This document shows, piece after piece, positions 39,800 through 50,903 of a DNA stretch of 64,000 nt; positions within the stretch are counted from its first letter, which is position 1, and the number at the start of each line of letters is the position of its first letter. Where the stretch lies: NCBI GenBank assembly GCA_036172245.1, contig JAYWIR010000036.1, positions 682,001 through 746,000 of the forward strand, read 5' to 3'. Both the position numbers and the translations under genes were made by a program. A model generated the notes under the pieces. That model searched no databases. It was not told the DNA's origin and saw only the letters and a program-made list of their open reading frames with translations. The DNA comes from Raillietiella orientalis. Lineage: Eukaryota.

Positions 39800-40310
39800 T
39801 GTGTTTTTTGTCTTACTGGAGCACACCAACTCACACTAAAGGTGCCACTATCCGGTGCTCTGGAACTGGATCATCAGTCTCCACAGGATGGGTTTCTCAT
39901 CTCCTCTATCCATCCTCCCAATTCTTAAATTTTACTACTTGATACGCATATGGAACTACGTAAAGTTTCAATGATATTTGCGTGTAATGTGGAATGTGGC
40001 ACTTAATGACACAGAGCAAGCTACTACTTTCTTTATTAGTAACTTCAAATATCAAAAAACTTCCTTGCCATGCAAACAAGTTGATGTCTGTTCTCAAGAA
40101 CTGTATGTAAACAAAGCTACCTTGTTGATTGGAACCGGAGAGTTGCTGATTTGCAATGGTCGTCGGCCATCATTCTTTTTGGTTTCTTGATCACAAAACA
40201 GTGAATAATGTGGAATGGCTGTATTTCTTCAGGAGTTCTTGAAAACGAATTTCTGAAACCCTTGACATCGTATTGCGCTTATCCCGTATCGTGCTGTTTC
40301 CCGTTTTTCT
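39800..40310 (-). mobile_element. Decayed Academ-like DNA transposase, C-terminal fragment
   Basis: Broken frames read ISAIRCQG..FK, FVYIQFLRTDIN, SLKLYVVPYAYQ and W..G..HPVETDDPVP. These follow the order of the Academ-type C-terminal motifs (VSAF.GKGK, FVC.LY..DVN, L.LH..RA.YQ, GW..P..T..P.P). Confidence 0.4.
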
Positions 40311-40515
40311 TGCTTGACAATTCACAACCCACTTTTCACCTGAGATCATCTTTCGAGTGTTCCACCAAATAATAAATTCGGAGTGCCAGTTCCAAGTGAT
40401 CCTCCCTTGATTGCAACTTTATAAGCATTTCGGCATCTGTAAGCATTTCACCACAAGCATTTCACCTGTTCCACGAAATTCGTCGCTACAGTGTGCCACC
40501 AACAGCTCAAAGAGC

Positions 40516-41400
40516 TCATTGGTCAGTCTTCTTGCTTAATGTGTCGGAGGCTATATTATGGACGATCCATCTGCCAGTGGAAAGTTTGGTGTAGTCGGGT
40601 TCCCAGTTTGCGAAGACTATGATGTGGGGTGGTTGAAAGTATTTGATACTGCCTTGGTACTTGGAATCAAAGATGATTCCATTTTTTAGACTTTCAATAA
40701 ATCCATAGTGGACGTGTTCCTGGTTGTCCTTGGTGAAATCTACGACGATGATTCTTTCGCCGTTGTAGATGTGGGCAGCATCGGCTTTCTTGCAGCTGTG
40801 CATGTAGATGTTTTCAAGAATAGGAACTTTGCCATGGTGGTTTTGCCTGTGTTGCCTACTGTGTCGTAGAACCATTCTCGTAGTTGTAGGTTGGCGAGTG
40901 GATTTGGATGGGTCCTAGCTCTTGATAGGCGAAAGCAATCTTTGATGAAATTAATATTCCTTGCGTGGAAGCGGTTATGCTTTTCGAGGATGTAGAGTTC
41001 ATCAGCTCCGTTCTCGATGAGTTGTAGGACCTGAAATAGATGACCTCGAGAAAATTAAAGTACGTGGTTATCTTGTTCTTCGTGTGTTTTGGCTTCTGCT
41101 TGTTCGGATAATGCGCCGTAGACCCGGGCATCTTTGTCCTGCTTGGTGCAGTACCGTATGTTGCTCTGTGCACTGCCTTTGGCTTTTTCTAGATGGCATT
41201 TGTGAAACGGCTTCCTATGTAGGCCAGGAAGAGTGCGAGGCTCTTTCAGTTGGAAGTAGCCTCGTAGATGTGGCGTGCCTGTGTCAGCTGTTTCTTTGCC
41301 AATGCAGGGGCACCATTGCTTTAAATTCTTCTTCACTGTAGTTGCATAGGGTCAGGCACCAATTAAAGGTGCGTACGGCATGGTGTCTGCTTGTGGTATT
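40516..41400 (-). pseudogene. rep: Endogenous CRESS-DNA-virus replication initiator (HUH endonuclease + SF3 helicase), frameshifted
   Basis: Motif I WCLTLCN (~41361-41341), motif II TGTPHLRG, motif III YCTK, Walker A GNTGKT (~40856-40839), Walker B IIVVDF, YGFIESLKNG..SKY, motif C IIVFAN, then LSTGRW. At least three frame breaks. Confidence 0.93.
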
Positions 41401-41472
41401 TCACTAGAGGTAAGACTGAGGTGCGGATGGAAGCGGTGGTTTATATATTGGCTAACTGCGTAGTTGTTGTGA

Positions 41473-41505
41473 GCGCAATCTGGTTAGTATCACCCAGATT
41501 GGCGC
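41473..41505 (+). promoter_or_regulatory. CRESS rolling-circle origin stem-loop with nonanucleotide TAGTATCAC
   Basis: GCGCAATCTGG-T-TAGTATCAC-CCAGATTGGCGC forms an 11-bp stem with one bulge. The loop nonamer (41485-41493) differs by one base from TAGTATTAC. A TATATAAA box lies on the Rep strand at 41447-41440. Confidence 0.88.
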
Positions 41506-41922
41506 AGTAATCATCCGACACCGTGGGAAATTGTTATGGAAATACGTTTATTTATGAGGTCTGGTTTTTGTCCGCACACGTGGAAGACTTCGGAATGCGG
41601 AAAAGCGATATGCTTTCCAGCCTGAGGGTGTGTGGTGAAACCTGACCTCGTGGAAGGTTAGTGTGGTCGGGTGGGTGGTGTCCACCAGCAAAGATATGAA
41701 GAGAGGGGGGAAAGGAAAAATATGGCAGTAGGCTATCTAGTAGCCGAATGGCAAGGTGAAGGTGTTCTGAAGTCTAAGAGATTTTTGACCCCAAACCAAA
41801 GCACTGTTTTTTTTAGCACGCCGAGCCTATCATCAAGCATGGATGCTACAGAACACATTCTTAATCATACACTTCAGGTTGCTACGAGAGTGTCATGCAT
41901 TTTAGAATTACATTTGATCTCC

Positions 41923-44900
41923 TCAAGTGTCCTTACTTCCAGAAAAAGTAATATGTAACTTATGCAAACTGTGATTTTTCTCCCCTCTAGTAGTTCGAAC
42001 TCTTTCGTAGTTTGTAAGCACAATTTTCAAGTTCTCAAATTTTACCCTAAAAAACTGAGCTTCGACTAACAGTGTGGACTGAGTGCTCGATTGATGCTCG
42101 AGGGTGAGAGAGTGGTAAGAAAGGAAACAAATCACAGTTTTTGACGAGAGGAGAAAAAGCAATTCCCTTAGTGACAATCGGATGATTATCTCGAAGGGAT
42201 CAAATGATTTATCTGAAATGGTAGGATCGAGAAGACGGGTCAAAGGAAAGATTAGGTAATGGAAGGATGTATCAAGGACGGATGATGGGATCCCTCCTAA
42301 TTGATTAGGGGATGGATCAGAGGGCGCCAAAGCCAATAAGCGAGTATCCTGGAGTAGAACGTTATTGAGAAGACCAGAATTCCACTCCAGGAACCATGGC
42401 AATTTTCGAGTACCAAACCTCACTTTCATTTGTCAGATCAAAGTGAGGTTTGACATGTTCCGTTTGGGAGCTTCATTTCGTAATTGCATTAGATCCTAGT
42501 TGCTCCTCCGGCAACTCTTGCAGCTTGAAAGATTTCCTCATCGATAAAGATATGACAAAGCTATGCAATCCGTAGCAAATTTTTGTCATGTCTGTGGTCT
42601 GATTTTGGCCTGGGCTGGAGTTCCGAGAGCGATACGTATCTAGAAGTTATTCAGACAGCATTTTTCTACACAGGAATTTTGATTCTCAGGGAGTTTGAGT
42701 GTGTAGATGTGAGTATTGTATCGAAAATCTCCATTTAAGACTTGCATTCCCGATCCAATCTGTGGTCTGCTAGGTCCGTTTCGTGGTTAATGCTTTACAT
42801 TCTGTGGACTGCTGTGTTCATTTAAAAGCTGCTGTTGGCATTAAGGGCATAAAACCATAATAGCACGGAGAGTATCTGTTTTGTAAGATCCTTTTTGTGA
42901 TGTGTGCATTATCGGGAAACTAAGGGGGAAGCCAAATTTTCTACTCTGCATTTATCTTCAGCAAATGAGGCTTATTGGTATGAGTCCGATAGGTCAGTTA
43001 ACAAGCATAATCCACGCCCTTTAGCTGAATATAATGACATCAAATCAAAGCACGCACTAAAGGCATCTATTCGATAAACGAAAGGATAATATTTCAATGA
43101 TCAAGATTGTCCTTCGCCGTACTGTCCTTCTTGCTATCGATGAACACGAGGTTGATCTCCGGGGAGTGATTTCAGCTGAGAAAGAATTCGTCAAACCAGA
43201 AACGATCTTGTGACCACATTTCTGAGATCCCTTCGTCAGTTGGTTTTATTCGGGAACTTTCTATTTATTGGCACCAGACTTTGCGGAACAGCCCTCATTA
43301 CAAGCATTCTTAGTCCTCTGAACTTTCTTGCCTGATCGTGTCGTTCCATTAGAAGGATATCAGGGGCTCCGAGTGTTTTGAATTCAAACACGAGTAAGGG
43401 AAGGTGCCAATTCCTGTCGCCTTATTTGAGGGTGGCTGTTCTAGCGGGGACTTCCAAAAGTCAGTGTGCTTCCCAAACTGCAAGAAGTGTGCGTAAAACG
43501 AGTCCCTCTGATGTTGGTTGCGAACGTGAGAGGGACTCATCTCCGAGGACGTTATTCTGTTTTGCGAGGCAACGTTTCAAGAATTGTTTCCTTCTTTCGA
43601 AATCTCCTTCAGTTTAAGATAATTTCATGCCTAAGGTTTTTCCAGTTCGGACGTTTTTTGATTATCTGCGTCCTCCGCAGGAGCTTTAAATCGGAGCCGG
43701 AAACCTCGAAAATCAAGAAAGAGGTTGGAGCCTCGGTGCAGGTTCACGTCGCTTCGTTATTTCCGGATTTGGAACTTCCATTCAATGTTGATGGAATGGA
43801 GAGCAAAGGATGGTTGGAATGACTATTGAGGAGGCTTTCGAGATGCTGTGATCTTCGCTGATGCTCCGGTCAGAAAACGAACCAAAACCTTTGGCTCGGG
43901 CATCATTCTCAAAACTTAATGTACAGAGCAATGGCATGACAGTGACGTCGGGGCGTGTCTTTTCAACATGAACAGCGAACACTAAGCAGGAAAATTTGAA
44001 CACGGATTCCTTGGAACACTTTACGAGTGCAAGTGATTGGTAGAGGAATGCAACTTTCATTTGTGACTGTCTGCATTAAGCGTATCCATCCTATTCATCC
44101 CCAATAAGGAAGAGAAGAAGGGGGGAGGGGATGCTTCCATTGCACACTGTTTTCAAGTCTGCCTTTCAGAAGAGGCGTGCACTCGTTTCAGCCGTCACGA
44201 AATTATTAATCTAAAAAAATGATCGCACATGCAATGCACAGTATTGTGAATTCTTTTTTTTTCCCTTCTCCTTTTTAATATTGGCTTGTGAAAACAAAAG
44301 AAGGTGCGATCTATGAGTATCGTTTCTTTTTGGAATAAATATTTTCATGCCCCGAACCTGCTTTGACAAAGGCAGGAAGGCCTTTTGCAGGTCAAATGGC
44401 GAGAAAATTAGATGATTTTCGAATGAATTTTGGATGTGTAACACCCCTGTTCAGTTTACTTCTTGCCTAATCACCATGTGATTTTGAAGTTAACAAGTAT
44501 GCCTCCAAACTAGTACAATATCACTGAATTTGTACAATTGAGCATTCCTTGTTATTTAAAGATCCAATGTCCAATGGCAATTTTCATCCTGCTATAGTTT
44601 TTCCCAGGATTACCTATTTCAGAGTTCTCGAGGACTTTGACTTTGCTTGAAACGACCAATTACTAAGTTTTAGTATGTTTTTCCACTACGATGGTTGCTC
44701 GTTTTTTTCCTATTCTATTAGTATTTGAGAACAGCGTTTTAATTTGCTCTGCTTGCAATGAATTTATTTCAGTTTTACTCGCATTTATTATTTTGGAAAT
44801 GGTGATTTCTGTTGCTTTGTATTCTCTCTGTCCATTAAATTCTATTGTTCATGGAATTAGTCATAGTCAAGTAGTCATAGATTTATTCATATGAAAATAA

Positions 44901-47400
44901 AGAATCCATCTGCACCTCCAAAAGCCTGCAAGTTCTTCATTTAGGAATTTTTGAAGTCTTTTTCTGAAATGCAAATTCAGAATTCCGTGCTTCCTTCCGG
45001 TTTCTCATCCCCAATGCTAAGAACTCACTGTTCTCTTTAATGCTTTTATTAGGTCTCATACGTTAGCAATTGGCATGTCGTTTTGTTTTTGTTTTTTAAA
45101 AAAAGCGCTAAAAATAAGCGCACTGACATGAATTTTCCGTTATAATTTTAGAATTTCATGCTCAGCTCCTGGAGTAAAAATTTTTAAATTGTGATTCCAA
45201 ACCAGGATCCAAAACCTTTTTGCAAAATTCGGAGAGGAGAGGACTTGATCTTGGAAGCAGTCAGCCAACAGCATCATCCCCTCCCCCCCCCCCCCCCTCA
45301 AAAAAAAGAAAGACAAAAAAAAAAACAGAGCACTGACGTTTTCTTCGAAAGGAGTTACAAAGGAAAAGTATCTCTTCAGGAAGAGTCTGCCTGTCGCCTC
45401 GCTGGCAAAGGAACTCATAAAATGCAAAGTGGATGTGGCAACACGGAAATCGATATAAGGAAATTTCGTTGTTAGAAAAGTAAGGTTAAATCCACTGAAC
45501 CGATGGTGCCTGCTGCTCTCCTTTCGTAATCGATCCCGACAGGTCGAAGCACCTTCCTCAAGACGAAGACTGTGCACTCCCTTGCGACCTGATTGAAAAC
45601 AAGTCAAGGCTCGGAGGAATTGTGAAATATCCCAGCTTTTGTTGGCAGGAAGCACTCCTATCTGTCTCATCATTTCTGAAAAACCATTTTCTTCCTTCCT
45701 CTCACCAAGCTTTACCCAGTTTGTCCATTTCTGAAGATCCAAACAAACGACTTCGACAATCTGACAAAAGTGAATGGCTTTAAGTTTATTCATAAAGATA
45801 TAACGAAATGCACTTCCGATGAACTACAGGTCCATTTAAATAGTGTCTGCCCCCGGGTGCGACATTTTCTTCTTAGAGCTACCTCGAAACAATGACTGAC
45901 CAGTGGTTTATGGTCCTTGACAGGTTTATGTCCACTTGTTCGGAATACTGCAGCACACGAAACAAAAACAGAATTTTAATTACCTTAATACGACGTTAAT
46001 AATACATCTACTGCAAAGCTGTTTCAGCCATGCCAGGAATGTAAAAAAACCTGAACGGTGTTTTCTACTATCGTTTTGTTTTATCTTCTTTGGCATTTTA
46101 TTTTTTCGTTTCTATGAAGTTTCGGGATTATCTGGGGCAGCCTGAAATGAAGGATTAGAGACAGGATAGAGGGAAGAGAAATTTTTTAAAGTGCATGTCA
46201 TACTGTTTATTCAGTTGAGTTTCCTTCATGAATATGTAGAAGGAAGTCACGGAACGAATGCTTTGGTGCTTCACAAACTGGATTTAATAATTTAACAAAT
46301 AGGGAAGAGGGCAAATACAGATGTGGAAGCAGAGAGAAGAAAGGAAAAAACTAGTGAAGGGAAATAGAATTCCTTAGCTTTCGAAATTCAGAGTCATAAT
46401 CCGAAGTGGATTTTATCTGAAATGGGAAAATCGCCTGGTAGCATAAAGGCAGAATAATTGACCTGTAAGCCGATTTAGGTGGCTTTCTAAGATGATATGA
46501 AATAATTGTTCCTTTATACTCATAAGGTATTTTTTTTCTTTTGTGCAGACCTTTGAACACACACGGCAAAAAGATCTGTAATGAGTATTGTGAGTCCATC
46601 CATAGTAGTAATCCTCATTGTCAATGCAGATGGTAGATTGGCATCAAATATATGTGGACTTTAGATTTCACTGTTGTTGATTTCAATATTGGCACACAAA
46701 GCAACAGAAGTACCTGCTTTCAATGGATCCTTATAACATGAATCATTTTTTTCCCTTCTGTTTAGACTTCCAAAGATGAATTGCCTGTGGAGTATTGCTA
46801 TCGTGTTGCTATCTAATTGCTTGTTTTGCCTGAGGTCTGAGGGGTCCTTACGTTACCAGAAGCCAGCTTCAAAAATCAAAATACTTGCTAAGAGAGAATG
46901 CCCCACCAGAGTTGGAGATTTTCAAGAATGGCAGCCAAATGGAGAAGTTATGTTAAAAGTGAAATCTCACTTACTTAACTCCCACTTCTGTTGCTGAGTG
47001 GCGAAACGGCGGAAAGCAAAGATTCACCTCGGTCATTGCAGACGCTCGCATCGCTATGGAGTGAAACTTTTGTGAACTAGCCCTTGAGAGAGAATGGCGA
47101 ATGGGGTTCTTGGTGCTATTTACACTAACAGACAAATGCATTTCGTAGATAACATCGAGGCAAGCAACTTGAAAATGATATTGAAAAGACAAAAAAAATC
47201 AAATCATCAGAAGAGTGGAAACCAGTGGGAAATGGAGCTTGATCTTTTAGAATTTAGGGACGCACCCGCTGCTCAAACGCTCTTTATTCTAGTACTCATT
47301 CCTTTCCTTCCGAATGGTTCTCTTATTTTATCTCTCCTTTAATCATTCCTTTGAGTTCAGTTGGTTTTTTGTTTCCAATTAAGGGGCTTTGAGGACCCCA
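41923..47400 (-). pseudogene. Fossil rhabdovirus-like (Mononegavirales) L polymerase gene, endogenous viral element
   Basis: Peptides collinear with remembered VSV L motifs: QSPLI (~47390; NSPLI), SAYRSIILPLC (~46475; SYDLIKMVEPIC), DLQKWTN..RKEENG (~45740; motif A DYEKWNNHQRKLSNG), NPEITK and EAPTSFLI (~43770-43712; NPEIAK, EDPTSLNI), ILSQLKSLPGD (~43188; ILSNIHSLTGE), KRT..LKWRFS (~42775-42721; KRTGSALHRFS), TTDMT (~42598), CKSCRR (~42522; CKSCLR), LAPSDPSPNQLG..IFPLT (~42330-42240; LAPAEQSYQVG..LFPLS). Confidence 0.8.
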
Positions 47401-47602
47401 GTTGTATGAATATCTCGAATTTTTACCAACTACTAATTGATAACAATATTCCACACGCAATTCATCTTTGGAAGTCTAAACAGAAGGGAAAAAAATGATT
47501 CATGTTATAAGGATCCATTGAAAGCAGATACTTCTGTTGCTTTGTGTGCCAATAGTGAAATCAACAACAGTGATATCTAAAGTCCACATATATTTGATGC
47601 CA
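46639..47602. repeat. Long inverted repeat: ~164-bp arms (46639-46802 and 47439-47602), ~635-bp spacer
   Basis: The reverse complement of the left arm matches the right arm with only a few mismatches. A weaker second match pairs ~46415-46490 with ~47607-47683. Confidence 0.92.
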
Positions 47603-47870
47603 TTTCAAGAAGAGACCTAAATCAGCTTATAGACGTAAATTATCCTGCCATTATGCTACGTTGTGAAAATCTCGTTTCAGATGTGGTCATTCCTGTCCTC
47701 CAAGGCATTCCATACCCTACTGGTCGATCGGTTCGAGAGCATAGGAAGAGGATGTTACAACGAGAGTATATTACAACCATGAGGATCATGCGCCTTTGTG
47801 ACTCGCAGGGGAGACAAAAGGAAACTTCTCGACGTTTTCTTGAAACGCATCCTCACATGATCGGCAGCGC
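47439..47870 (+). pseudogene. Inverted partial second copy of the L-gene N-terminal region
   Basis: Contains the right repeat arm, then PKSAY (~47617) and RRFLETHPHMI (~47830-47862), loosely like FRHWGHP. Confidence 0.55.
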
Positions 47871-48990
47871 AGGAGAAAACAGAACAGATATCATAACTTT
47901 TTTTCCATTTCTTTTTCCCTTTCAATGGGTGAAATGCTCGGGAAGACCATCCCTGCGAAGTCGAATCGGACCCGCCGCAGGCTACGTCCCCAGCCAACGT
48001 TGCCAAAGAGGGGCGACGGAGGCGAAGCTTTCCGTGCGCGTGTGCGAGAATCCTCCTCGCGCGCGAAGCGTGTCGTCACTCGCTGCAGTTGGTGCGTTTC
48101 CTAGCAAAGATCGTGTGGCAACCCTTCCTGGTTGCCTGCCTAATGCGTGAACGTTTCGGTGTCCTCCCGACGCAGCTGTACCAACTTTGACCCAATCCTG
48201 CCGACAGTACTTTAGACATTGCAACACTACCATCATCCCCGTCACGGTGTGCTGACTCCCCTTTTTTGCCCTCTGCCTAGAACGAATCACGCAGCACGCC
48301 AGTCTTGCACTGTTTTTGAATTCACCTGCGTTCAGCATGCCCTTAGAAAGCAAAATCGCCTGCATTTCACTTTACTGAGCAAATTGTGATGGTAAGTGTT
48401 TTACTTGAAGTGCGTAAACGTCTCAAAATATTTTACTGCTACTTTGAAATATATTTTCTTTATTGTAACATAAATTCTCTTTTAAGGAATAAACAAAATA
48501 AATTAATATGGTTTGATTAAAGGAAGTAATATTCAATGTTTGAAAATACAATATGAAAAAATCTAAAATTGAAATATACAATTGAACTGATCATCGCGAA
48601 CTATTCCTGACAAAGACGGGTTTGTATTTACTATGTTTTTCAGTCTGCTTTACTGAACTTTGAAAGTCTGCTTTTTGTGGTTCTGCTGTTAATATGCACC
48701 TGCACGTACATTCATGAACTGTTTCCTGCCGTGCTGGATAAAAACAAAACTGGGTGAGGATGTGAAATTTACTTCTATTTTCCAACCATATTGCAGATTT
48801 TGGGGTACCTTCTGGAAACTAGCCCGTATTGGAGAAAGGAAGAGTCCTTATGTGGCGTTTTGCTGCTTTGTGATGGGCTTATATACTTTCTATAAATCCT
48901 GAACTCTTAATTTTAATAACCACTGAATCATTTGGCACATGCAAAAACACACGCAATTTGTTTTTGTAATAAAATATTTGATATAATATA

Positions 48991-50903
48991 TTAGTTAGTT
49001 CGAATTCTTTTAGGAACAGATTGTAACTGTTGCAGAGCATGTTCCTTTTCAAGTACAGAACATATATAAATCATCTGGGGTAAATATTCCATGATCTTCT
49101 GTACAGGTACTAAATATGTTAGTTCGGCAATTGTTGCTGCTTTTCCACAACTTACCAATACTTGCATTTGTTCTCTGAAAGAGTTCTGTTCTGTGTAGGG
49201 AATGAAAGCCAGCGACTTACTTGTTGCTTTTAAGTAGAGGAATTCCAAGTGTATTCAAAGCTTCTTGACAAACTTGGCGATTGCATTTGGGAAAAAAGAT
49301 CTGGGTCAGATCATCAAATTTCAGCAGCAAAGACTGGCCATATTCAAAAGGATTTTGATTTATGCACAGCAAGTTTTTTCCTTGAACATGCACTTTCTGC
49401 AGCTGATATGGGAAGTGGTTATTTGGCAGAGAATACTGAGTATTTAGAGGTCTCTTCATCTTGCCATAGGTGATGGGAGTACACCGGTTGATTTTATTTT
49501 GTTGAAGAGTGTTGGGTATTACTGTTGTTTTAAGATTCAGAGTTCCATTCAGCATGTTGTCAATGCTGTGGGGAAATGATTTTGATAAAGGAGGTGAGTT
49601 GACACTGTTAGTTTGCCTGAATAAATGGTGAATGTCCCAAAGTTTACATAATTAATTTCTTTTTACCTTACAACATGTGGGGCAACCTTCACTAAGGGTG
49701 GCAGATGTGCAGAAATTTTACTAGGTACCACTGCAGCACTACTGGTTACCTAACAGAAATTTCCTCTTATGAAACAGCCAGTTAACAGCACATGTATTAT
49801 GCATCACAAGATAATTTTACAGCTGTACATACCATTTGGGATGGACAGCTGGAAAACTGAAATGCACTGACTACATTCCCACTGGTTAATCCAGGCTGAG
49901 TGGCTGCAGGAGCAGAAAACAGGGAACTATTTCTGCATTCTAGTCCATAATCAGGTACACAAGGTAAATTATTTACAGAAGAATTGCAACTAGTGGGGGG
50001 AAGTAATTTTGGATTCACTAGAGACTTTGTGGGCCACCACTCTTCAAAAACTGTGCTTTCAGGGAAATGCTTTTTAATGTCTTCCAGACTGACAACTAAA
50101 CAGGATTCCAGAGCAAAAAGCTCATTCTTAATACCCTGCACTTTGCAGCAAAACTTCAAATATGCCAACTCCCAGCCTTCTACCTGCTGCACTTTTTGCA
50201 TAAGATTATCTGTTTCACCTTCAAAATAAAATAAGGGTACATATTTGATACCTTCTTTGGTTGTGTAAGGCACCACAGATTCACCATTAATTCTAAAGAA
50301 ACCACAGGGATCACACTCATCACTTTTTTTCAGTACCAGTTTTTTGTAGCACATTTCCAAAAATTGGAAAAAATGTTCAGCATCTTGCAAGCGCACCACA
50401 AAATCAGCAGTTGTAAATGACTGTTTTCCAAAATACAAATCACAATGTTTACTGTTAATTTCGTTCAACAAACGTGCTTCATTGTCTGTGATATAGTAGC
50501 TACGTATGCACGTACATTTGTAGATATCCGAAGGCAGATACGGAAGATACTTGCTGAGTAAACAAGCTTCCACCATTCTCACAGCACAATACTTTTCGCC
50601 CAAGCGATAAATGAAAGGGAAAAAAAGGTCTTTACCAAAGCAAGTCCACCCAAATTTCCCCATTATACTCTCTTCATCTAATTGTGGAACCGTTTTTTTA
50701 ACAGGAGAAGATGCCATGTTTCTCACATGATTGCCTGTGTAATGACAAGTGGTTTGCTGACCATTTAAGCTTTGCATCTGACCTGTAGGAACTGGATTGT
50801 TTTGAGCATGCATCATCTTTAGCTTGTTTGCCTCTATCATTTTGGCAGCTAGGTCCAAAATCTCTTGATCTTCTTTTTCAGTTTTAACTACCGTACGATC
50901 CAT
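48991..50903 (-). CDS. Conserved arthropod protein of unknown function, 4 coding exons
   Basis: Exons 50903-49833, 49749-49667, 49616-~49221 and ~49175-48991 have compatible phases. Blocks I recall from uncharacterised insect proteins: DEES.GKFGW, GEKYCAVRMVE, CIRSYYIT..EARLLNEIN.KHCD, CGFFRINGESVVPY, YVPLFYFEGET, LAYLKFCCKVQGI. Confidence 0.88.

Noticed and set aside
43100..45800. Possible divergent ionotropic receptor gene (GFNLTFLTTKFPY, AFLPLSKQ)
   Set aside because: No consistent exon chain or TM segments; the collinear rhabdovirus L motifs explain the region better.
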